This document shows positions 14,280 to 30,400 of a DNA stretch of 64,000 nt, piece by piece. The DNA is taken from the NCBI RefSeq assembly GCF_009914755.1, contig NC_060937.1; one strand, written 5' to 3'. The DNA is from the human T2T-CHM13v2.0 reference genome, Homo sapiens. Each line of letters starts with the position of its first letter. Position 1 is the stretch's first letter. The position numbers and the translations under genes are program-made. A model generated the notes under the pieces. It made no database searches. It saw only the letters and a list, made by a program, of their open reading frames with translations, and was not told the DNA's origin.

Positions 14280-17200
14280 CATGAAATATCAAAGTTCACA
14301 AACCATATATTATATACTGTACATAAAATATCAAAGTACCCAAGGTATATATTCTATAATGTACAAAAAATATCAAAGTACCCAAAGCGTGTATTATATA
14401 CTGTATATAAAATATGAAATTACATCAAATATATATTTTATTCTGTACATAAAATATCAAAGTACACCAGATATATATTCTATAGTGTACATAAAATATC
14501 AAAGTACCCAAACTATACATTATATACTGTACATAAAATATGAAATTACATCAAATATATATTATATTAGGTACATAAAATATGAAAGTACATCAAATAT
14601 AGATTATATACTGTACATTAAATACCAAAGTACCCCAAATATATATTATATACTCTACATGAAATATCAAAGTTCACAAACTATATATTATATACTGTAC
14701 ATAAAATATCAAAGTACCCAAGGTATATATTCTATACTGTACAAAAAATATCAAAGTACCCAAAGCATGTATTATATACTGTACCTAAAATATGAAAGTA
14801 CATCAAATATATATTTTATTCTGTACATAAAATATGAAAGTACACCAGATATATATTCTATAGTGTACATAAAATATCAAAGTACCCAAACTATACATTA
14901 TATACTGTACATAAAATATGAAATTACATGAAATATATATTATATTAGGTACATAAAATATGAAAGTACATCAAATATAGATTATACACTGTACATAAAA
15001 TATCAAAGTACCCCAAATATATATTATATACTCTACATGAAATATCAAAGTTCACAAACTATATATTATATACTGTACATAAAATAAAGTCCCCAAGGAA
15101 TATATTCTATACTGTAGAAAAAATATCAAAGTACCCAAAGCATGTATTATATACTGTATATAAAATATGAAAGTACATCAAATATATATTTTATTCTGTA
15201 CATAATATATCAAAGTACACCAGATATATATTCTATAGTGTACATAAAATAACAAATTACAAAAACTATAAATTATATACTGTACATAAAATATGAAATT
15301 ACATCAAATATATATTAGGTACATAAAATATGAAAGTACATCAAATATAGATTATATACTGTACATAAAATTTCAATGTACCCCAAATATATATTTTATA
15401 CTCTACATGAAATATCAAAGTTCACAAACCATATATTATATACTGTACATAAAATATCAAAGTACCCAAGGTATATATTCTATACTATACAAAAAATATC
15501 AAAGTACCCAAAGCATGTATTATATACTGTACCTAAAATATGAAAGTACATCAAATATATATTTTATTCTGTACATAAAATATCAAAGTACACCAGATGT
15601 ATATTCTATAGTGTACATAAAATATCAAAGTACCCAAACTATACATTATATACTGTACATAAAATATGAAATTACATCAAATATATTTTATATTAGGTAC
15701 ATAAAATATGAAAGTACATCAAATATAGATTATATACTGTACATTAAATACCAAAGTACCCCAAATATATATTTTATACTGTACATGAAATATCAAAGTT
15801 CACAAACTGTATATTATATACTGTACATATAATATCAAAGTACCCAAGGTATATATTCTATACTGTACAAAAAATAACAAAGTACCAAAAGCATGTATAA
15901 TATACTGTACATGAAATATGAAAGTACATCAAATATATATTTTATTCTGTACATAAAATATCAAAGTACACCAGATATATATTCTATAGTGTACATAAAA
16001 TATCAAAGTACCCAAACTATACATTATATACTGTAAATAAAATATGAAATTACATCAAATATATTTTATATTAGGTACATAAAATATGAAAGTACATCAA
16101 ATATAGATTATATACTGTACATTAAATAGCAAAGTACCCAAATATATATTTTATACTGTACATGAAATATCAAAGTTCACAAACCATACTTTATATACTG
16201 TACATAAATTATCAAAGTACCCAAGGTATATATTCTATACTGTACAAAAATTATCAAAGTACCAAAAGCATGTATTATATACTGTACATAAAATATGAAA
16301 GTACATCAAATATATATTTTATTCTGTACATAATATATCAAAGTACACCAGATATATATACTATAGTGTACATAAAATAACAAAGTACACAAACTATACA
16401 TTATATACTGTACATAAAATATGAAATTACATCAAATATATATTAGGTACATAAAATATGAAAGTACATCAAATATAGATTATATACTGTGCATAAAATA
16501 TCAATGTACCCCAAATATATATTTTATACTATACATGAAATATCAAAGTTCACAAACCATATATTGTATACTGTACATAAAATATCAAAGTACCCAAGGT
16601 ATATGTTCTATACTGTACAAAAAATATCAAAGTACCCAAGGCATGTATATTATATACTGTACATAAAATATGAAAGTACATGAAATATATATTTTATTCT
16701 GTACATAAAATATCAAAGTACACCAGATATATATTCTATAGTGTACATAAAATATCAAAGTACCCAAACTATACATTATATACTGTACATAAAATATGAA
16801 ATTACATCAATATATATTATATTAGGTACATAAAATATGAAAGTACATCAAATATAGATTATATACTGTACATAAAATATCAAAGTACCCCAAATATATA
16901 TTATATACTCTACATGAAATATCAAAGTTCACAAACTATATATTATATACTGTACATAAAATATCAAAGTACCCAAGGTATATATTATATAATGTATAAA
17001 AAATATCAAAGTACCCAAAGCGTGTATTATATACTGTATATAAAATATGAAATTACATCAAATATATATTTTATTCTGTACATAAAATATCAAAGTACAC
17101 CAGATATATATTCTATAGTGTACATAAAATATCAAAGTACCCAAACTATACATTATATACTGTACATAAAATATGAAATTACATCAAATATATATTATAT

Positions 17201-20200
17201 TAGGTACATAAAATAAGAAAGTACATCAAATATAGATTATATACTGTACATTATATACCAAAGTACCCCAAATATATATTATATACTCTACATGAAATAT
17301 CAAAGTTCACAAACTATATATTATATACTGTACATAAAATATCAAAGTACCCAAGGTATATATTCTATACTGTACAAAAAATATCAAAGTACCCAAAGCA
17401 TGTATTATATACTGTACCTAAAATATGAAAGTACATCAAATATATATTTTATTCTGTACATAAAATATCAAAGTACACCAGATATATATTCTATAGTGTA
17501 CATAAAATATCAAAGTACCCAAACTATACATTATATACTGTACATAAAATATGAAATTACATCAAATATATATTATATTAGGTACATAAAATATGAAAGT
17601 ACATCAAATATAGATTATACACTGTACATAAAATATCAAAGTACCCCAAATACATATTATATACTCTACATGAAATATCAAAGTTCACAAACTATATATT
17701 ATATACTGTACATAAAATAAAGTCCCCAAGGTATATATTCTATACTGTACAAAAAATATCAAAGTACCCAAAGCATGTATTATATACTGTATATAAAATA
17801 TGAAAGTACATCAAATATATATTTTATTCTGTACATAATATATCAAAGTACACCAGATATATATTCTATAGTGTACATAAAATAACAAAGTACAAAAACT
17901 ATAAATTATATACTGTACATAAAATATGAAATTACATCAAATATATATTAGGTACATAAAATATGAAAGTACATCAAATATAGATTATATACTGTACATA
18001 AAATTTCAATGTACCCCAAATATATATTTTATACTCTACATGAAATATGAAAGTTCACAAACCATATATTATATACTGTACATAAAATATCAAAGTACCC
18101 AAGGTATATATTCTATACTATACAAAAAATATCAAAGTACCCAAAGCATGTATTATATACTGTACCTAAAATATGAAAGTACATCAAATATATATTTTAT
18201 TCTGTACATAAAATATCAAAGTACACCAGATATATATTCTATAGTGTACATAAAATATCAAAGTACCCAAACTATACATTATATACTGTACATAAAATAT
18301 GAAATTACATCAATTATATTTTATATTAGGTACATAAAATATGAAAGTACATCAAATATAGATTATATACTGTACATTAAATACCAAAGTACCCCAAATA
18401 TATATTTTATACTGTACATGAAATATCAAAGTTCACAAACTGTATATTATATACTGTACATATAATATCAAAGTACCCAAGGTATATATTCTATACTGTA
18501 CAAAAAATAACAAAGTACCAAAAGCATGTATAATATACTGTACATAAAATATGAAAGTACATCAAATATATATTTTATTCTGTACATAAAATATCAAAGT
18601 ACACCAGATATATATTCTATAGTGTACATAAAATATCAAAGTACCCAAACTATACATTATATACTGTAAATAAAATATGAAATTACATCAAATATATTTT
18701 ATATTAGGTACATAAAATATGAAAGTACATCAAATATAGATTATATACTGTACGTTAAATAGCAAAGTACCCCAAATATATATTTTATACTGTACATGAA
18801 ATATCAAAGTTCCCAAACCATACTTTATATACTCTACATAAATTATCAAAGTACCCAAGGTATATATTCTATACTGTACAAAAATTATCAAAGTACCCAA
18901 AGCATGTATTATATACTGTACATAAAATATGAAAGTACATCAAATATATATTTTATTCTGTTCATAATATATCAAAGTACACCAGATGTATATTCTATAG
19001 TGTACATAAAATAACAAAGTACACAAACTATACATTATATACTGTACATAAAATATGAAATTACATCAAACATATATTAGGTACATAAAATATGAAAGTA
19101 CATCAAATATAGATTATATACTGTGCATAAAATATCAATGTACCCCAAATATATATTTTATACTATACATGAAATATCAAAGTTCACAAACCATATATTG
19201 TATACTGTACATAAAATATCAAAGTACCCAAGGTATATGTTCTATACTGTACAAAAAATATCAAAGTACCCAAAGCATATATATTATATACTGTACATAA
19301 AATATGAAAGTACATCAAATATATATTTTATTCTGTACATAAAATATCAAAGTACACCAGATATATATTCTATAGTGTACATAAAATATCAAAGTACCCA
19401 AACTATACATTATATACTGTACATAAAATATGAAATTACATCAATATATATTATATTAGGTACATAAAATATGAAAGTACATCAAATATAGATTATATAC
19501 TGTACATAAAATATCAAAGTACCCCAAATATATATTATATACTCTACATGAAATATCAAAGTTCACAAACCATATATTATATACTGTACATAAAATATCA
19601 AAGTACCCAAAGTATATATTCTATAATGTACAAAAAATATCAAAGTACCCAAAGCGTGTATTATATACTGTGTATAAAATATGAAATTACATCAAATATA
19701 TATTTTATTCTGTACATAAAATATCAAAGTACACCAGATATATATTCTATAGTGTACATAAAATATCAAAGTACCCAAACTATACATTATATACTGTACA
19801 TAAAATATGAAATTACATCAAATATATATTATATTAGGTACATAAAATATGAAAGTACATCAAATATAGATTATATACTGTACATTAAATACCAAAGTAC
19901 CCCAAATATATATTATATACTCTACATGAAATATCAAAGTTCACAAACTATATATTATATACTGTACATAAAATATCAAAGTACCCAAGGTATATATTCT
20001 ATACTGTACAAAAAATATCAAAGTACCCAATGCATGTATTATATACTGTACCTAAAATATGAAAGTACATCAAATATATATTTTATTCTGTACATAAAAT
20101 ATCAAGGTACACCAGATATATATTCTATAGTGTACATAAAATATCAAAGTACCCAAACTATACATTATATACTGTACATAAAATATGAAATTACATCAAA

Positions 20201-23200
20201 TATATATTATATTAGGTACATAAAATATGAAAGTACATCAAATATAGATTATACACTGTACATAAAATATCAAATTACCCCAAATATATATTATATACTC
20301 TACATGAAATATCAAAGTTCACAAACTATATATTATATACTGTACATAAAATAAAGACCCCAAGGAATATATTCTATACTGTAGAAAAAATATCAAAGTA
20401 CCCAAAGCATGTATTATATACTGTATATAAAATATGAAAGTACATCAAATATATATTTTATTCTGTACATAATATATCAAAGTACACCAGATATATATTC
20501 TATAGTGTACATAAAATAACAAATTACAAAAACTATAAATTATATACTGTACATTAAATATGAAATTACATCAAATATATATTAGGTACATAAAATATGA
20601 AAGTACATCAAATATAGATTATATACTGTACATAAAATTTCAATGTACCCCAAATATATATTTTATACTCTACATGAAATATCAAAGTTCACAAACAATA
20701 TATTATATACTGTACATAAAATATCAAAGTACCCAAGGTATATATTCTATACTATACAAAAAATATCAAAGTACCCAAAGCATGTATTATATACTGTACC
20801 TAAAATATGAAAGTACATCAAATATATATTTTATTCTGTACATAAAATATCAAAGTACACCAGATGTATATTCTATAGTGTACATAAAATATCAAAGTAC
20901 CCAAACTATACATTATATACTGTACATAAAATATGAAATTACATCAAATATATTTTATATTAGGTACATAAAATATGAAAGTACATCAAATATAGATTAT
21001 ATACTGTACATTAAATACCAAAGTACCCCAAATATATATTTTATACTGTACATGAAATATCAAAGTTCACAAACTGTATATTATATACTGTACATATAAT
21101 ATCAAAGTACCCAAGGTATATATTCTATACTGTACAAAAAATAACAAAGTACCAAAAGCATGTATAATATACTGTACATAAAATATGAAAGTACATCAAA
21201 TATATATTTTATTCTGTACATAAAATATCAAAGTACACCAGATATATATTCTATAGTGTACATAAAATATCAAAGTACCCAAACTATACATTATATACTG
21301 TAAAAAAAATATGAAATTACATCAAATATATTTTATATTAGGTACATAAAATATGAAAGTACATCAAATATAGATTATATACTGTACATTAAATAGCAAA
21401 GTACCCCAAATATATATTTTATACTGTACATGAAATATCAAAGTTCACAAACCATACTTTATATACTGTACATAAATTATCAAAGTACCCAAGGTATATA
21501 TTCTATACTGTACAAAAATTAACAAAGTACCAAAAGCATGTATTATATACTGTACATAAAATATGAAAGTACATCAAATATATATTTTATTCTGTACATA
21601 ATATATCAAAGTACACCAGATATATATTCTATAGTGTACATAAAATAACAAAGTACACAAACTATACATTATATACTGTACATAAAATATGAAATTACAT
21701 CAAATATATATTAGGTACATAAAATATGAAAGTACATCAAATATAGATTATATACTGTGCATAAAATATCAATGTACCCCAAATATATATTTTATACTAT
21801 ACATGAAATATCAAAGTTCACAAACCATATATTGTATACTGTACATAAAATATCAAAGTACCCAAGGTATATGTTCTATACTGTACAAAAAATATCAAAG
21901 TACCCAAAGCATGTATATTATATACTGTACATAAAATATGAAAGTACATGAAATATATATTTTATTCTGTACATAAAATATCAAAGTACACCAGATATAT
22001 ATTCTATAGTGTACATAAAATATCAAAGTACCCAAACTATACATTATATACTGTACATAAAATATGAAATTACATCAAATATATATTATATTAGGTATAT
22101 AAAATATGAAAGTACATCAAATATAGAGTATACACTGTACATAAAATATCAAAGTACCCCAAATACATATTATATACTCTACATGAAATATCAAAGTTCA
22201 CAAACTATATATTATATACTGTACATAAAATAAAGTCCCCAAGGTATATATTCTATACTGTACAAAAAATATCAAAGTACCCAAAGCATGTATTATATAC
22301 TGTATATAAAATATGAAAGTACATCAAATATATATTTTATTCTGTACATAATATATCAAAGTACACCAGATATATATTCTATAGTGTACATAAAATAACA
22401 AAGTACAAAAACTATAAATTATATACTGTACATAAAATATGAAATTACATCAAATATATATTAGGTACATAAAATATGAAAGTACATCAAATATAGATTA
22501 TATACTGTACATAAAATTTCAATGTACCCCAAATATATATTTTATACTCTACATGAAATATCAAAGTTCACAAACCATATATTATATACTGTACATAAAA
22601 TATCAAAGTACCCAAGGTATATATTCTATACTATACAAAAAATATCAAAGTACCCAAAGCATGTATTATATACTGTACCTAAAATATGAAAGTACATCAA
22701 ATATATATTTTATTCTGTACATAAAATATCAAAGTACACCAGATATATATTCTATAGTGTACATAAAATATCAAAGTACCCAAACTATACATTATATACT
22801 GTACATAAAATATGAAATTACATCAATTATATTTTATATTAGGTACATAAAATATGAAAGTACATCAAATATAGATTATATACTGTACATTAAATACCAA
22901 AGTACCCCAAATATATATTTTATACTGTACATGAAATATCAAAGTTCACAAACTGTATATTATATACTGTACATATAATATCAAAGTACCCAAGGTATAT
23001 ATTCTATACTGTACAAAAAATAACAAAGTACCAAAAGCATGTATAATATACTGTACATAAAATATGAAAGTACATCAAATATATATTTTATTCTGTACAT
23101 AAAATATCAAAGTACACCAGATATATATTCTATAGTGTACATAAAATATCAAAGAACCCAAACTATACATTATATACTGTAAATAAAATATGAAATTACA

Positions 23201-26200
23201 TCAAATATATTTTATATTAGGTACATAAAATATGAAAGTACATCAAATATAGATTATATACTGTACGTTAAATAGCAAAGTACCCCAAATATATATTTTA
23301 TACTGTACATGAAATATCAAAGTTCACAAACCATACTTTATATACTCTACATAAATTATCAAAGTACCCAAGGTATATATTCTATACTGTACAAAAATTA
23401 TCAAAGTACCCAAAGCATGTATTATATACTGTACATAAAATATGAAAGTACATCAAATATATATTTTATTCTGTTCATAATATATCAAAGTACACCAGAT
23501 ATATATTCTATAGTGTACATAAAATAACAAAGTACACAAACTATACATTATATACTGTACATAAAATATGAAATTACATCAAATATATATTAGGCACATA
23601 AAATATGAAAGTACATCAAATATAGATTATATACTGTGCATAAAATATCAATGTACCCCAAATATATATTTTATACTATACATGAAATATCAAAGTTCAC
23701 AAACCATATATTGTATACTGTACATAAAATATCAAAGTACCCAAGGTATATGTTCTATACTGTACAAAAAATATCAAAGTACCCAAAGCATGTATATTAT
23801 ATACTGTACATAAAATATGAAAGTACATCAAATATATATTTTATTCTGTACATAAAATATCAAAGTACACCAGATATATATTCTATAGTGTACATAAAAT
23901 ATCAAAGTACCCAAACTATACATTATATACTGTACATAAAATATGAAATTACATCAATATATATTATATTAGGTACATAAAATATGAAAGTACATCAAAT
24001 ATAGATTATATACTGTACATAAAATATCAAAGTACCCCAAATATATATTATATACTCTACATGAAATATCAAAGTTCACAAACCATATATTATATACTGT
24101 ACATAAAATATCAAAGTACCCAAGGTATATATTCTATAATGTACAAAAAATATCAAAGTACCCAAAGCGTGTATTATATACTGTATATAAAATATGAAAT
24201 TACATCAAATATATATTTTATTCTGTACATAAAATATCAAAGTACACCAGATATATATTCTATAGTGTACATAAAATATCAAACTACCCAAACTATACAT
24301 TATATACTGTACATAAAATATGAAATTACATCAAATATATATTATATTAGGTACATAAAATATGAAAGTACATCAAATATAGATTATATACTGTACATTA
24401 AATACCAAAGTACCCCAAATATATATTATATACTCTACATGAAATATCAAAGTTCACAAACTATATATTATATACTGTACATAAAATATCAAAGTACCCA
24501 AGGTATATATTCTATACTGTACAAAAAATATCAAAGTACCCAAAGCATGTATTATATACTGTACCTAAAATATGAAATTACATCAAATATATATTTTATT
24601 CTGTACATAAAATATCAAAGTACACCAGATATATATTCTATAGTGTACATAAAATATCAAAGTACCCAAACTATACATTATATACTGTACATAAAATATG
24701 AAATTACATCAAATATATATTATATTAGGTACATAAAATATGAAAGTACATCAAATATAGATTATACACTGTACATAAAATATCAAAGTACCCCAAATAT
24801 ATATTATATACTCTACATGAAATATCAAAGTTCACAAACTATATATTATATACTGTACATAAAATAAAGTCCCCAAGGAATACATTCTATACTGTAGAAA
24901 AAATATCAAAGTACCCAAAGCATGTATTATATACTGTATATAAAATATGAAAGTACATCAAATATATATTTTATTCTGTACATAATATATCAAAGTACAC
25001 CAGATATATATTCTATAGTGTACATAAAATAACAAATTACAAAAACTATAAATTATATACTGTACATAAAATATGAAATTACATCAAATATATATTAGGT
25101 ACATAAAATATGAAAGTACATCAAATATAGATTATATACTGTACATAAAATTTCAATGTACCCCAAATATATATTTTATACTCTACATGAAATATCAAAG
25201 TTCACAAACCATATATTATATACTGTACATAAAATATCAAAGTACCCAAGGTATATATTCTATACTATACAAAATATATCAAAGTACCCAAAGCATGTAT
25301 TATATACTGTACCTAAAATATGAAAGTACATCAAATATATATTTTATTCTGTACATAAAATATCAAAGTACACCAGATGTATATTCTATAGTGTACATAA
25401 AATATCAAAGTACCCAAACTATACATTATATACTGTACATAAAATATGAAATTACATCAAATATATTTTATATTAGGTACATAAAATATGAAAGTACATC
25501 AAATATAGATTATATACTGTACATTAAATACCAAAGTACCCCAAATATATATTTTATACTGTACATGAAATATCAAAGTTCACAAACTGTATATTATATA
25601 CTGTACATATAATATCAAAGTACCCAAGGTATATATTCTATACTGTACAAAAAATAACAAAGTACCAAAAGCATGTATAATATACTGTACATAAAATATG
25701 AAAGTACATCAAATATATATTTTATTCTGTACATAAAATATCAAAGTACACCAGATATATATTCTATAGTGTACATAAAATATCAAAGTACCCAAACTAT
25801 ACATTATATACTGTAAATAAAATATGAAATTACATCAAATATATTTTATATTAGGTACATAAAATATGAAAGTACATCAAATATAGATTATATACTGTAC
25901 ATTAAATAGCAAAGTACCCCAAATATATATTTTATACTGTACATGAAATATCAAAGTTCACAAACCATACTTTATATACTGTACATAAATTATCAAAGTA
26001 CCCAAGGTATATATTCTATACTGTACAAAAATTATCAAAGTACCAAAAGCATGTATTATATACTGTACATAAAATATGAAAGTACATCAAATATATATTT
26101 TATTCTGTACATAATATATCAAAGTACACCAGATATATATTCTATAGTGTACATAAAATAACAAAGTACACAAACTATACATTATATACTGTACATAAAA

Positions 26201-29200
26201 TATGAAATTACATCAAATATATATTAGGTACATAAAATATGAAAGTACATCAAATGTAGATTATATACTGTGCATAAAATATCAATATACCCCAAATATA
26301 TATTTTATACTATACATGAAATATCAAAGTTCACAAACCATATATTGTATACTGTACATAAAATATCAAAGTACCCAAGGTATATGTTCTATACTGTACA
26401 AAAAATATCAAAGTACCCAAAGCATGTATATTATATACTGTACATAAAATATGAAAGTACATCAAATATATATTTTATTCTGTACATAAAATATCAAAGT
26501 ACACCAGATATATATTCTATAGTGTACATAAAATATCAAAGTACCCAAACTATACATTATATACTGTACATAAAATATGAAATTACATCAATATATATTA
26601 TATTAGGTACATAAAATATGAAAGTACATCAAATATAGATTATATACTGTACATAAAATATCAAAGTACCCCAAATATATATTATACACTCTACATGAAA
26701 TATCAAAGTTCACAAACTATATATTATATACTGTACATAAAATATCAAAGTACCCAAGGTATATATTCTATAATGTACAAAAAATATCAAAGTACCCAAA
26801 GCGTGTATTATATACTGTATATAAAATATGAAATTACATCAAATATATATTTTATTCTGTACATAAAATATCAAAGTACACCAGATATATATTCTATAGT
26901 GTACATAAAATATCAAAGTACCCAAACTATACATTATATACTGTACATAAAATATGAAATTACATCAAATATATATTATATTAGGTACATAAAATATGAA
27001 AGTACATCAAATATAGATTATATACTGTACATTAAATACCAAAGTACCCCAAATATATATTATATACTCTACATGAAATATCAAAGTTCACAAACTATAT
27101 ATTATATACTGTACATAAAATATCAAAGTACCCAAGGTATATATTCTATACTGTACAAAAAATATCAAAGTACCCAAAGCATGTATTATATACTGTACCT
27201 AAAATATGAAAGTACATCAAATATATATTTTATTCTGTACATAAAATATCAAAGTACACCAGATATATATTCTATAGTGTACATAAAATATCAAAGTACC
27301 CAAACTATACATTATATACTGTACATAAAATATGAAATTACATCAAATATATATTATATTAGGTACATAAAATATGAAAGTACATCAAATATAGATTATA
27401 TACTGCACATTAAATACGAAAGTACCCCAAATATACAGTTTATACTCTACATGAAATATCAAAGTTCACAAACTATATATTATATACTGTACATATAATA
27501 TCAAAGTACCCAAGGTATATATTCTATACTGTACAAAATATATCAAAGTACCCAAAGCATGTATTATATACTGTACATAAAATATGAAAGTACATCAAAT
27601 ATATATTTTATTCTGTACATAAAATATCAAAGTACTCCAGATATATATTCTATAGTGTACATAAAATATCAAAGTACCCAAACTATACATTATATACTGT
27701 ACATAAAATATGAAATTACATCAAATATATATTAGGTACATAAAATATGAAAGTACATCAAATATAGATTATATACTGTACATAAAATATCAAAGTACCC
27801 CAAATATATATTATATACTCTACATGAAATATCAAAGTTCACAAACCATATATTGTATACTGTACATAAAATATCAAAGTACCCAAGGTATATATTCTAT
27901 ACTGTACAAAAAATATCAAAGTACCCAAAGCGTGTATTATATACTGTATATAAAATATGAAAGTACATCAAATATATATTTTATTCTGTACATAATATAT
28001 CAAAGTACACCAGATATATATTCTATAGTGTACATAAAATATCAAAGTACCCAAACTATACATTATATACTGTACATAAAATATGAAATTACATCAAATA
28101 TATATTATATTAGGTACATAAAATATGAAAGTACACCAAATATAGATTATATACTGTACATTAAATACCAAAGTACCCCAAATATATATTTTATACTGTA
28201 CATGAAATATCAAAGTTCACAAACTATATATTATATACTGTACATAAAATATCAAAGTACCCAAGGTATATATTCTATACTGTACAAAAAATATCAAAGT
28301 ACCCAAAGCATGTATTATATACTGTACCTAAAATATGAAAGTACATCAAATATATATTTTATTCTGTACATAAAATATCAAAGTACACCAGATATATATT
28401 CTATAGTGTACATAAAATATCAAAGTACCCAAACTATACATTATATACTGTACATAAAATATGAAATTACATCAAATATATATTAGGTACATAAAATATG
28501 AAAGTACATCAAATATAGATTATATACTGTACATAAAATATCAAAGTACCCCAAATATATATTATATACTGTACATGAAATATCAAAGTTCACAAACTAT
28601 ATATTATATACTGTACATAAAATAGAGTCCCCAAGGTATATATTCTATACTGTTCAAAAAATATCAAAGTACCCAAAGCATGTATTATATACTGTATATA
28701 AAATATGAAAGTACATCAAATATATATTTTATTCTGTACATAATATATCAAAGTACACCAGATATATATTCTATAGTGTACATAAAATAACAAAGTACAA
28801 AAACTATAAATTATATACTGTACATAAAATATGAAATTACATCAAATATATATTAGGTACATAAAATATGAAAGTACATCAAATATAGATTATATACTAT
28901 ACATAAAATTTCAATGTACCCCAAATATATATTTTATACTCTACATGAAATATCAAAGTTCACAAACCATATATTATATACTGTACATAAAATATCAAAG
29001 TACCCAAGGTATATATTCTATACTATACAAAAAATATCAAAGTACCCAAAGCATGTATTATATACTGTACCTAAAATATGAAAGTACATCAAATATATAT
29101 TTTATTCTGTACATAAAATATCAAAGTACACCAGATATATATTCTATAGTGTACATAAAATATCAAAGTACCCAAACTATACATTATATACTGTACATAA

Positions 29201-30400
29201 AATATGAAATTACATCAATTATATTTTATATTAGGTACATAAAATATGAAAGTACATCAAATATAGATTATATACTGTACATTAAATACCAAAGTACCCC
29301 AAATATATATTTTATACTGTACATGAAATATCAAAGTTCACAAACTGTATATTATATACTGTACATATAATATCAAAGTACCCAAGGTATATATTCTATA
29401 CTGTACAAAAAATAACAAAGTACCAAAAGCATGTATAATATACTGTACATAAAATATGAAAGTACATCAAATATATATTTTATTCTGTACATAAAATATC
29501 AAAGTACACCAGATATATATTCTATAGTGTACATAAAATATCAAAGTACCCAAACTATACATTATATACTGTAAATAAAATATGAAATTACATCAAATAT
29601 ATTTTATATTAGGTACGTAAAATATGAAAGTACATCAAATATAGATTATATACTGTACGTTAAATAGCAAAGTACCCCAAATATATATTTTATACTGTAC
29701 ATGAAATATCAAAGTTCACAAACCATACTTTATATACTGTACATAAATTATCAAAGTACCCAAGGTATATATTCTATACTGTACAAAAATTATCAAAGTA
29801 CCCAAAGCATGTATTATATACTGTACATAAAATATGAAAGTACATCAAATATATATTTTATTCTGTTCATAATATATCAAAGTACACCAGATATATATTC
29901 TATAGTGTACATAAAATAACAAAGTACACAAACTATACATTATATACTGTACATAAAATATGAAATTACATCAAATATATATTAGGTACATAAAATATGA
30001 AAGTTCATCAAATATAGATTATATACTGTGCATAAAATATCAATGTACCCCAAATATATATTTTATACTATACATGAAATATCAAAGTTCACAAACCATA
30101 TATTGTATACTGTACATAAAATATCAAAGTACCCAAGGTATATGTTCTATACTGTACAAAAAATATCAAAGTACCCAAAGCATGTATATTATATACTGTA
30201 CATAAAATATGAAAGTACATCAAATATATATTTTATTCTGTACATAAAATATCAAAGTACACCAGATATATATTCTATAGTGTACATAAAATATCAAAGT
30301 ACCCAAACTATACATTATATACTGTACATAAAATATGAAATTACATCAAATATATATTATATTAGGTACATAAAATATGAAAGTACATCAAATATAGATT
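14280..30400 (+). repeat. Domain of a 2,634-bp (7-unit) super-higher-order repeat
   Basis: Homologous ORF starts at 15293, 17926, 20560, 22439, 25073 and 28831 (spacings 2633, 2634, 1879, 2634, 3758). Shared markers: aaaataaagtccccaagg (3-bp deletion), aaatttcaatg, gtacctaaaa, aatagcaaag, ctgtgcata, gtatatgttc, catgtatatt (+2 bp). Arithmetic: 7x378 - 2x5 - 3 + 2 - 1 = 2634. Confidence 0.9.
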
